Below, in pieces: positions 8,321-15,616 of a DNA stretch of 32,000 nucleotides (the first letter of the stretch is position 1; every line of letters starts with the position of its first letter). Location of the stretch: positions 1,530,001 to 1,562,000 of the forward strand of contig NZ_CP036280.1 of assembly GCF_007748075.1 (NCBI RefSeq), in the 5' to 3' direction. The notes beneath the pieces are model-generated. The model was not told where the DNA came from, searched no databases, and saw only the letters and a list, made by a program, of their open reading frames with translations. A program made the position numbers and the translations under genes. Source of the DNA: Mucisphaera calidilacus (GTDB taxonomy: Bacteria; Planctomycetota; Phycisphaerae; Phycisphaerales; Phycisphaeraceae).

Positions 8321-9892
8321 ATGACACGCCCCTACCACCGTCTCCGACACACCGTCTACGGCTCCGCCGCCGTCGCCTCCTCGCAACCCCTCGCCACCGC
8401 CGCAGGACTCCACGCCCTCCGCTCAGGCGGCAACGCCCTCGACGCCGCGCTCGCCACCGCCATCACACTCACCGTCGTCGAACCCTCCTCCAACGGGCTC
8501 GGCAGCGACGCCTTCACCATCATCCACAAGGACGGCAAGCTCCACGCCCTCAACGGCTCGGGACGAAGCCCCAGCCGCTGGACGCCCGACCGCTTCGCCG
8601 GCCTCGACGAATTCCCCCTCTTCGGCCCCGACTCCGTCACCGTCCCAGGCGTCGTCCACGCCTGGGCCACCGCCCACCAGCGCTTCGGCAAACTCCCCTT
8701 CGCCGACCTCTTCCAGGACGCCATCCGGCACGCACGCGACGGCTTCCCCGTCGGCCCCATCACCGCCGCCGCATGGGCACGCGGCGCCGACCGCTACAGC
8801 CAACGGCCCGACTGGTCCAGCACCTTCCTCACCAACGGCAAACCGCCAACCGCCGGCCAGCGATTCGCCATGCCCGATCACGCCCGAACCCTCGAAACCA
8901 TCGCCAAAGACCACGGCCAATCCTTCTACCAGGGCGAACTCGCACAACGCATCGCCGCACACATCCAGGCCGAAGGCGGAGCACTCCACGCCGACGACCT
9001 CGCCGCCCACCAGTCCGACTGGGTCGACACCATCCACACCACCGCCTTCGACCGAACCCTCCACGAACTGCCGCCCAACGGCCAGGGCATCGCCGCACTC
9101 ATCGCCCTCGGCATCGCACGCAACCTCCCACTCGCCGACCTCGACCCCGACTGCCCCGACGCCATCCACCTCCAGGCCGAGGCCATCCGACTCGCCTTCG
9201 CCGACCTCCACACCCACGTCTCCGACCCCAACACCGCCCACATCGACACCCGACAACTCCTCGACCCCGACTACCTCAAACAACGCGCCGCACAGGTCAA
9301 CCCACGCAAGGCAGGCGACCCAGCACCCGGCATCCCCAGGCGAGGCGGAACCATCTACTGCTGCGCCGCCGACAACCAGGGCATGATGGTCTCATGGATC
9401 CAGTCCAACTTCTGGGGGTTCGGCTCAGGACTCGTCGTCCCCGACACCGGCATCGCACTCCAGAACCGCGCCGCCGGCTTCACCCTCGAACCCGGTCACG
9501 CCAACCAGGCCGCACCCGCCAAACGACCCTTCCACACCATCATCCCCGGCTTCATCACCAACAACCACCAACCCGAGGCCGCCTTCGGCGTCATGGGCGG
9601 ATCCTTCCAGACACAGGGACACCTACAGGTCTTCCTCCGACGCTACCTCTGGAAACAGGACCTCCAGGAAGCCGCCGACGCGCCGCGATGGATGATCACC
9701 TCCTCCCGCAAACTAGCCCTCGAACCCGCATGGGACAAAACCACCGCCGACGACCTCACCACCCGAGGACACAACATCATCGAACTCCCCTTCATCTACT
9801 TCGGCGGCGCACAAGGCATCTTCAGACAAACCGACAACACCTACGCCGCCCTCTCCGACTGGCGCAAAGAAGGACAGGCCGCCGTCATTTGA
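8321..9892 (+). CDS. ggt: gamma-glutamyltransferase family protein (no obvious signal peptide)
   Basis: 523 aa. The N-terminus AVASSQPLATAAGLHALRSGGNALDAALA is typical. The putative autoprocessing Thr nucleophile lies in RRGGTIYCCAADNQGMMVSWIQSNF. The C-terminus has GVMGGSFQTQGH. Confidence 0.85.
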   Translation: MTRPYHRLRHTVYGSAAVASSQPLATAAGLHALRSGGNALDAALATAITLTVVEPSSNGLGSDAFTIIHKDGKLHALNGSGRSPSRWTPDRFAGLDEFPLFGPDSVTVPGVVHAWATAHQRFGKLPFADLFQDAIRHARDGFPVGPITAAAWARGADRYSQRPDWSSTFLTNGKPPTAGQRFAMPDHARTLETIAKDHGQSFYQGELAQRIAAHIQAEGGALHADDLAAHQSDWVDTIHTTAFDRTLHELPPNGQGIAALIALGIARNLPLADLDPDCPDAIHLQAEAIRLAFADLHTHVSDPNTAHIDTRQLLDPDYLKQRAAQVNPRKAGDPAPGIPRRGGTIYCCAADNQGMMVSWIQSNFWGFGSGLVVPDTGIALQNRAAGFTLEPGHANQAAPAKRPFHTIIPGFITNNHQPEAAFGVMGGSFQTQGHLQVFLRRYLWKQDLQEAADAPRWMITSSRKLALEPAWDKTTADDLTTRGHNIIELPFIYFGGAQGIFRQTDNTYAALSDWRKEGQAAVI

Positions 9893-9989
9893 ACACTGAC
9901 AGCTTCGGATACCCTGCCTCCACGAGCCCCGAGGCGCAAGCCCGGGGTGCAATCATCGGACCAAGCCGGCCAGAAACCGAACCACGTCG

Positions 9990-10232
9990 CTACCAGAAAT
10001 GCCGCTTGGCGAAGGCGTGACCCGAGCCCGATTTGAGATAGCGTTCGAATGCCTCGGCCTTCAGGTCATCATCAAAGCGAAGCACGACCACAGACCTCCA
10101 GGGACGGAAGCGTGCCGTATAGGGCGACTCACCCGAGTTGTGCTGTTTGAGCCGCTTCGGGTAGTCCCCGGTCGACCCGACGTAAGTCTGATTCGGGCTT
10201 GATTCACTACGGAGTAGGTAAACGTATCTCAT
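9990..10232 (-). CDS. small stand-alone GIY-YIG nuclease-domain protein
   Basis: 80 aa. It has VYLLRS...YVGSTGDYPKRLKQHN (GIY...YIG plus the conserved R and H/N). No other domain is present. It lies directly downstream (same strand) of tRNA-Pro and the 44-bp array. Confidence 0.75.
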   Translation of the reverse strand: MRYVYLLRSESSPNQTYVGSTGDYPKRLKQHNSGESPYTARFRPWRSVVVLRFDDDLKAEAFERYLKSGSGHAFAKRHFW

Positions 10233-10277
10233 GGGCCCCCTCAGGCTTCGCTGTCGCTTCCCCCGGCTTCAAAAGAC

Positions 10278-10564
10278 GATTCTGCACACCCCGCCTAGGC
10301 AGCCCGGCTCTGACACACCAAGATTCTGTACACCCCGCCGAGGCATCCCAGCTCTGATACACAAAGATCCTGCACACCCCGCCAAGGCATCCCAGCTCAG
10401 ATACACAAAAATTCTGCATAGCTCGCCAAGGCATCCCAGCTCTGATACACAAAGATTCTGCATAGCTCGCCAAGGCATCCCAGCTCTGATACACAAAGAT
10501 TCTGCATAGCTCGCCGAGGCATCCCAGCTCTGATACACAAAGATTCTGCATAGCTCGCCGAGGC
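10278..10564. repeat. tandem repeat, 44-bp unit x 6 plus a 23-bp partial copy
   Basis: Copies start at 10278, 10322, 10366, 10410, 10454, 10498 and 10542 (partial). The unit is GATTCTGCATAGCTCGCC(A/G)AGGCATCCCAGCTCTGATACACAAA. The three tRNA-proximal full copies differ from one another at no more than two positions, and the distal ones diverge progressively (CACACCCCGCC variant). Confidence 0.95.
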
Positions 10565-10590
10565 AAAGCCTCGGCGAGCGTCGCAGAATC
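10542..10590 (-). terminator. long imperfect hairpin immediately 3' of tRNA-Pro, intrinsic-terminator-like
   Basis: On the minus strand the sequence is GATTCTGC-GAC-GCTCGCCGAGGC-TTT-GCCTCGGCGAGC-TAT-GCAGAATC, followed by TTTGTGT. That gives 12 + 8 bp of stem with a 3x3 internal loop. The 5' arm overlaps the last 2 nt of the tRNA. The U-tract is short, so function is not certain. Confidence 0.5.
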
Positions 10591-10662
10591 GGGGCGACTG
10601 GATTTGAACCAGCGACCTCCACACCCCCAGTATGGCGCGCTACCAAGCTGCGCTACGCCCCG
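10589..10662 (-). tRNA. tRNA-Pro (anticodon GGG), 74 nt, no encoded CCA
   Basis: Minus-strand sequence CGGGGCG-TA-GCGC-AGCTTGGTA-GCGC-G-CCATA-CTGGGGG-TGTGG-AGGTC-GCTGG-TTCAAAT-CCAGT-CGCCCCG-A folds by hand into a full cloverleaf. It has a 7-bp acceptor stem, a TTCAAAT T-loop, anticodon loop C-T-GGG-G-G and G37. Confidence 0.9.
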
Positions 10663-10837
10663 AGCTGTCTCTCCGCAATCCGCGGAGCCCAATAGCGTAG
10701 CCGATACCACCACCAACGCAACCCAATCCACACCCCGAAACACGAGTTAACCGCTTTCTCCGGTACAATAGGCAAAGCCTGCGGGGTGGAACAGCGACCC
10801 GGCCGCCACGGCCAGCCTTCGGGATCAGGAACCCGCC

Positions 10838-12571
10838 ATGTCACTCGTGCCCTCACAGGCCGAACAACACGCCGCACCGCCCGTCTCCACCACCGGGCAA
10901 ATCGCCCTCGTCTCCGTCGCCGGCCCCCGCGCCGTCACCCACCACCTCAAACCACCCGGGCCCGTCACCATCGGCCGACGCGCCGGCAACGCCCTCCAAC
11001 TCGTCGAAACCGACTCCGTCTCGCGCGAACACGCCACCCTCGTCGCCGAACGACACACCGACCCCAACGACACACCACGATGGTTCCTCATCGACCGGCA
11101 CTCACGACACGGCACACGCCTCAACGGCATCCGCATCCAGCCCGAACAACGCTACCCCATCCAGCCCGACGACCTCATCGAACTCACACCCTGGGTCTTC
11201 CAGGTCGTCGACCCCAACCTCCGAAACCGCCAGCGGAAACTCTCGCAAACCTTCGACGATACCACCTGGCGTGGCGACGCGCAGATCACCCTCATCCCCG
11301 AAGACCAACACCCGCAGGCACGCACCGGCCCCTGGATGAACATCCTCATCACCTGCGCCGAAACCATCCACGCCGCCACCTCCGAACAGGAGGTCGCACA
11401 CGCCGCCCTCGAAGCCGCCGCACTCGGAACCGGATACACCAACGCCGCCATCCTCCGACCCATGACCGACGACGGCAGCGTCCCCGTCGTCGCCGCCCGA
11501 GGCGACTTCGCCGCACAGGACCAGACACCCAGCTTCAGCCGATCCCTCATCCGACGCGCCGCCGACGAGGGACTCCCCACTCGACTCTCACGCCAACAGT
11601 CCGACACCGACCTCGCCGTCTCCGTCTTCGAACTCGGCATCGACGAGGCCCTCTGCGTACCCCTCAAACTCGGCACCACCGTCGCCGGATTCCTCTACCT
11701 CGACAACCGACACGGATCCGCCAGCGGCCAGCGCATGCCCACCGAGACCACCGACTTCGCCGTCCGCCTCGCACAGATCGTCGCCCTCGCCCTCTCCAAC
11801 CTCATGCGCCTCGACCTCCAGCAACGCTACGCCCGCGTCGAACACGACCTCGCCGCCGCCGCCGAAGCGCAATCCTTCGTCCTCCCCGAACGTACCGGAA
11901 CCGTCGGCCCCATCACCTACGCCGGAGAATCACGACCCGGTCGCATCGTCTCAGGCGACTTCTTCGACGTCATCCCACTCGACGACCACCGCATCGCACT
12001 CACCCTCGGCGACGTCGTCGGCAAAGGCATCGCCGCCTCCGTCCTCATGACCGCCTCCCAGGGCTACGTCCACGCCGCCTTCCACAACGACGACAACCCC
12101 GCAAGCGTCGCCATCGCACTCAACACCTTCCTCGAAGGACGATGCGCCGACCACCACTTCGTCACACTCTGGGCCGCCGTCATCGACCTCCACCAGAAAA
12201 CACTCACCTACGTCGACGCAGGACACGGCTACGCCATGATCCGATCCGCCGACAACACCGTCACGCCCCTCAACAAGGCCGGCGGACTACCCATCGGCGT
12301 CGACCCCACCTACACCTACAAGCCACAGACCATCCCCCTCGCACCCGCCGGATGCCTCGTCATCGTCTCCGACGGCATCGTCGAACAGCAGGGACGCCCC
12401 GACGACCGCGGCTACGCCGAAGAATTCGGCTTCACACGACTCCAGCAACTCATCCGCTACATCCCCGACACCAACTGCCCCGTCGACACCATCTACCAGC
12501 ACGTCTGCGACCACGCCGGAACACCCCACCTCGCCGACGACGCCACCATCGTCGCCGCAAACTGGGCGTAG
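10838..12571 (+). CDS. FHA - GAF - PP2C/SpoIIE-type serine/threonine phosphatase
   Basis: The N-terminus VTIGRRAGNALQLVETDSVSREHATL...RHGTRLNG is an FHA domain. The middle ...ALCVPLKLGTTVAGFLYLDNR is GAF-like. The C-terminus SGDFFDVIPLDDHRIALTLGDVVGKGIAASVLM...LVIVSDGIVEQ is SpoIIE/PP2C. An AGGAA Shine-Dalgarno sequence lies 7 nt upstream of the ATG at 10838. Confidence 0.8.
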   Translation: MSLVPSQAEQHAAPPVSTTGQIALVSVAGPRAVTHHLKPPGPVTIGRRAGNALQLVETDSVSREHATLVAERHTDPNDTPRWFLIDRHSRHGTRLNGIRIQPEQRYPIQPDDLIELTPWVFQVVDPNLRNRQRKLSQTFDDTTWRGDAQITLIPEDQHPQARTGPWMNILITCAETIHAATSEQEVAHAALEAAALGTGYTNAAILRPMTDDGSVPVVAARGDFAAQDQTPSFSRSLIRRAADEGLPTRLSRQQSDTDLAVSVFELGIDEALCVPLKLGTTVAGFLYLDNRHGSASGQRMPTETTDFAVRLAQIVALALSNLMRLDLQQRYARVEHDLAAAAEAQSFVLPERTGTVGPITYAGESRPGRIVSGDFFDVIPLDDHRIALTLGDVVGKGIAASVLMTASQGYVHAAFHNDDNPASVAIALNTFLEGRCADHHFVTLWAAVIDLHQKTLTYVDAGHGYAMIRSADNTVTPLNKAGGLPIGVDPTYTYKPQTIPLAPAGCLVIVSDGIVEQQGRPDDRGYAEEFGFTRLQQLIRYIPDTNCPVDTIYQHVCDHAGTPHLADDATIVAANWA

Positions 12572-13312
12572 TCACGCCTTATCCCCCCGGTACAACCGCG
12601 CCACACCAAACGTCAACGCCCGACTCCGAACCGCACCAAAACCCGCCTCACCCATCGCACCCATCAACGCACCACGATCCCAGAACGTCGACACACTCGC
12701 CGGCAGATACCGATACGCATTCACACGATCCCGCGCAATCAGCGCCGCCGTCCTCGGCATCACCACCTCGCAATACAACCGATTCATCCACCGCACCGGC
12801 GCGAAACCCGGCTGCGAAAACTCCAGAATCACCAGACGCCCGCCCGGCCGGAGCACACGATAAAACTCACCCAACGCCACCTCCGGCTCGTCAACGTTCC
12901 GGATCCCGAAAGCGATCGACACCACATCAAACGAACCATCCGCCACCGGCAGACGCTTCGCGTCACCCGCCACATACAACGGCCGCGGATGTCCCTCAAC
13001 CCGCTTGCCCCGCGCGATCCGCAGCAGCTCAGGCGTGAAGTCAACCCCCAGCACCTCCGCGTCACGCCGCGCAAACGCCAACGCCACGTCGCCCGTCCCC
13101 GTCGCCACATCCAGCACACGCTCCCCCGCCGCCACACCCGACATCCGCACCAGCGCTCGACGCCACAGCTGATCCATCCCGAAAGAATGCAGCCGATTGT
13201 TCAGGTCATAACTCGGCGCGATCGCCGCAAACATCGACCGCACACGCGTCGCCTTGTCCGAACGACGATGCACATCACCCAACTGATCCGACTGCCAGCC
13301 CTTGTCAGACAT
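12572..13312 (-). CDS. ubiE: demethylmenaquinone/ubiquinone C-methyltransferase (UbiE/MenG family)
   Basis: 246 aa. VRSMFAAIAPSYDLNNRLHSFGMDQLWRR, the SAM motif VLDVATGTGDVA and FGIRNV are classic UbiE motifs. Confidence 0.85.
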   Translation of the reverse strand: MSDKGWQSDQLGDVHRRSDKATRVRSMFAAIAPSYDLNNRLHSFGMDQLWRRALVRMSGVAAGERVLDVATGTGDVALAFARRDAEVLGVDFTPELLRIARGKRVEGHPRPLYVAGDAKRLPVADGSFDVVSIAFGIRNVDEPEVALGEFYRVLRPGGRLVILEFSQPGFAPVRWMNRLYCEVVMPRTAALIARDRVNAYRYLPASVSTFWDRGALMGAMGEAGFGAVRSRALTFGVARLYRGDKA

Positions 13313-13315
13313 CCC

Positions 13316-14272
13316 TCAACCACCACCCGCCGCATGAACCCCGCCACAAGCACACAACCCCGCCGGCAACCACGCCGCGGCACCCTTCGCCGGATGCCGC
13401 GCAGGCGGCAACGCCTCCAGCCGATCCAGAACCTCACGCCGGAAACGCGCCTCGCCAAACCCGTAAGCCGACGTCTCCGAACCCGGATAACGCTCCGCGA
13501 TCATCTCCACCAACCGCTCGATCCGGCTCTCAGGCAGCGGGTGCGTCGACAGCATCTCAATCCCCCCACCCCCGCCCGACGCATCCTTCAGGATCCGCAT
13601 CACCTGCACCTGCCCCAGAGGGTCATAGCCCAGCCGCGTCATGTAACGCAGCCCCAGCTCATCCGCCTGATGCTCCTGGTCACGCCCATACTTCAGCAGA
13701 TACATCCCCGCACCCAGCTCGCCCCCCACCAGCCCGAGCGTCGCCAGCCACGCATCATCCGTCGCCTGATCGATCGCGATACCCGCCGCGATCAGACCGA
13801 TCTGAATCCCCATCGCCTGCGTCATCTGCTGACCAATGTGCTGCGCCGTCACGTGACCCACCTCGTGCCCCAGAACCCCCGCCAGCTGAGCCTCATTCGT
13901 CATCCGCTCCAGCAGACCACGCGAAATAAAAACCTTCCCCCCCGGCAACGCAAATGCATTGATCACCGACGAGTCCACCACGTGAAACTCCCAAGGCAGC
14001 TGCGAACGCTCACTCACCGCCGCCAGCTGCTGACCGAGTTGTCGGACGTGCGCCACAATCTGCTCATCAGGTAAAGACCCGCCGTACTGCTCCAGAAACC
14101 CCGGAGCCGCCTCCCTGCCCAGACTGATCTCCTCCGACTCACTCAGAATGTTCAGCTGCGCCCGGCCCGTCGCCGGATTCGTCGAACACCCCACCGACAC
14201 CACCGCCGTGACCCATAAAACAGACACCCACAGCCACCAGCCCGCGATCCGTCGTTGCTCAAGCTTCATCAC
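13316..14272 (-). CDS. M48 family zinc metalloprotease, probable lipoprotein
   Basis: It has a signal peptide with a lipobox-like VSVGC. It also has INAFALPGGKVFISRGLL, an HEVGHV (HExxH) motif and a downstream E ligand region. It probably forms an operon with ubiE (3-nt gap). Confidence 0.8.
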   Translation of the reverse strand: MMKLEQRRIAGWWLWVSVLWVTAVVSVGCSTNPATGRAQLNILSESEEISLGREAAPGFLEQYGGSLPDEQIVAHVRQLGQQLAAVSERSQLPWEFHVVDSSVINAFALPGGKVFISRGLLERMTNEAQLAGVLGHEVGHVTAQHIGQQMTQAMGIQIGLIAAGIAIDQATDDAWLATLGLVGGELGAGMYLLKYGRDQEHQADELGLRYMTRLGYDPLGQVQVMRILKDASGGGGGIEMLSTHPLPESRIERLVEMIAERYPGSETSAYGFGEARFRREVLDRLEALPPARHPAKGAAAWLPAGLCACGGVHAAGGG

Positions 14273-14546
14273 TCCATTTTAGGGCACACCCACGCATCAG
14301 ACACGCCGCCCCGCCACAACCCCGCTCCAGCCCGCATCACCACCCCACACCACACAGCCCGCCCCGCCCGCATCCCCTATATCGGGCCTCCACTCCGGAC
14401 CTCAAAACCACTTGCTCCCCAAAGCAGCGCCTTTCTCCGATGAAAACAGGGCAGGCAAAGGGAAAACCCGATGCCCTGGCACGGAGCGCACGGGCGGGCA
14501 TGGCAGCCCCACAGGCAGGTAATCCTGAGCGTGTAGGAACAGGCGA

Positions 14547-15263
14547 ATGCCGAGCGAGCGACACATCAGTATTGAACGGTTTTTCAGCTTCCTCATCAGT
14601 GGCGACCGCCGCCAGGCGCACAGCCTCGTCGATGAGGCACTCGAAGGCGTCAACGACCCCGTCGAGATCATCGCCAACCTCATCTGGCCCTGCCTCGAAC
14701 AGCTCCACAAGCTCAACCGTGAAGACCAGCTCACCAACCTCGCCTACCACTACGCCACACGTCTCCTGCACCAGGTGATCGATCAGATCCAGCCCAAGCT
14801 CCCCTCACGCGGACGACGCAACCAGCGCATCCTCCTCACCTGTGGCGACGAACTCCTCGAAGAACTCGCCGCCCAGCTCGCCACCGACCTCCTCGAAGCC
14901 GACGGCTACGACGTCTTCCTCGCCGGTGGAGGCGTCGCCAACGACGAGATCGTCGAGGAACTCGGATCCATCAACGCCAACCGGCTCGTCGTCTTCGGCG
15001 TCATCCCCGCCACCGTCCCACAAACACGACAACTCATCGACCGACTCCACGACATCGGCGTCTGCCCCAACCTCCAGATCATCGTCGGCGGAGGCGTCTT
15101 CAACCGCGCCGAAGGACTCGCCGAAGAAATCGGCGCCGACCTCTGGGCGCTCGACCCCATCGAACTCGTCGAGGTCATCGACGAAGAACCCGAACGACGC
15201 ATGATCCCCGAGCAGCGAACCGTCGGACGACGACGCAAGCCTACCGGCAGGAACGCCGCCTGA
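14547..15263 (+). CDS. B12-binding-domain-like protein (helical cap plus Rossmann-like domain), canonical DxHxxG histidine absent
   Basis: The N-terminus ...FLISGDRRQAHSLVDEAL... resembles B12-binding_2. It is followed by RILLTCGDELLEELAAQLATDLLEADGYDVFLAGGGV...LQIIVGGGVF. The position of DxHxxG reads DELLEE, so the lower-axial His ligand is missing. Confidence 0.6.
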   Translation: MPSERHISIERFFSFLISGDRRQAHSLVDEALEGVNDPVEIIANLIWPCLEQLHKLNREDQLTNLAYHYATRLLHQVIDQIQPKLPSRGRRNQRILLTCGDELLEELAAQLATDLLEADGYDVFLAGGGVANDEIVEELGSINANRLVVFGVIPATVPQTRQLIDRLHDIGVCPNLQIIVGGGVFNRAEGLAEEIGADLWALDPIELVEVIDEEPERRMIPEQRTVGRRRKPTGRNAA

Positions 15264-15277
15264 TCACAGGACGAGCC

Positions 15278-15598
15278 ATGACCGACAACAAGAACCAGGA
15301 CCGACGCAGACACCCACGCTGGCCCATCGAAAAGCCCGTCAAGGTCCGCGACCGCACCACCGGACGCTACCTCGCCGGGCAAAGCCTCGACGCCTCATGG
15401 TCAGGCATCCGACTCCGATTCACCAACCCCACCAACCTCCGGCCCGGCCAGACCGTCGACGTCTCCCTCCCCGACGACGCCCAACGCGGCTTCCTGCGCT
15501 CCGAAGCCCTCATCCCCGCCGCCGTCGTCCGCGTCGACAACCACGACACCATCGCACTCAGACTCGGCATCGACACCCCGCAGCGACAAGCCGCCTGA
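15278..15598 (+). CDS. PilZ domain protein (putative c-di-GMP receptor)
   Basis: 106 aa. It has RRRHPRWP (RxxxR) and DASWSGIRL (D/NxSxxG) at typical spacing. It starts 14 nt after the upstream gene and has an AGGA Shine-Dalgarno sequence, so the two are probably an operon. Confidence 0.7.
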   Translation: MTDNKNQDRRRHPRWPIEKPVKVRDRTTGRYLAGQSLDASWSGIRLRFTNPTNLRPGQTVDVSLPDDAQRGFLRSEALIPAAVVRVDNHDTIALRLGIDTPQRQAA

Positions 15599-15616
15599 TC
15601 CGCACACGCCCGAAAC

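Noticed and set aside
6022-10565. Possibility that the two tandem arrays (6022-6490 and 10278-10564) are CRISPR arrays.
   Set aside because: The units are directly abutting with no unique spacers. Unit lengths (112 and 44 bp, fully repeated) do not fit repeat-spacer architecture, and no cas genes are present.
10589-10662. tRNA-Pro as the attachment site of an integrated mobile element or genomic island.
   Set aside because: There is no integrase, excisionase or phage/plasmid gene on either side. No direct repeat of the tRNA 3' end was seen elsewhere in the window. The adjacent GIY-YIG gene alone is insufficient.
10207-10877. ORFs 10207..10743 -, 10269..10646 -, 10397..10624 -, 10231..10509 + and 10653..10877 -, with repeated peptides such as CRIFVYQSWDA.
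   Set aside because: They run through the 44-bp tandem array and the tRNA-Pro gene. The peptide repeats simply reflect the DNA repeat read in three frames.
275-14074. Long + strand ORFs rich in Arg/Pro/His/Thr (275..1351, 1036..1548, 1552..3123, 3224..3682, the 4286..5500 part of 4286..6037, 6859..7926, 8200..10020, 10786..13038, 12989..14074).
   Set aside because: Their composition is low-complexity (RRHRPT...) with no motifs. They overlap well-supported genes in other frames or on the opposite strand. They are explained by the T/G-poor + strand, which rarely generates stop codons.
14400-14546. Cobalamin or c-di-GMP (GEMM-I) riboswitch upstream of the B12-like/PilZ operon.
   Set aside because: The core elements I remember are absent (the B12 box and GCCACTG-type core, and the ACGCAAAGC / GGGCAAAC pairing of GEMM-I). 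Only a superficial AAGGGAAAACCCG resemblance is present. I kept it only as a generic alternative-helix observation.
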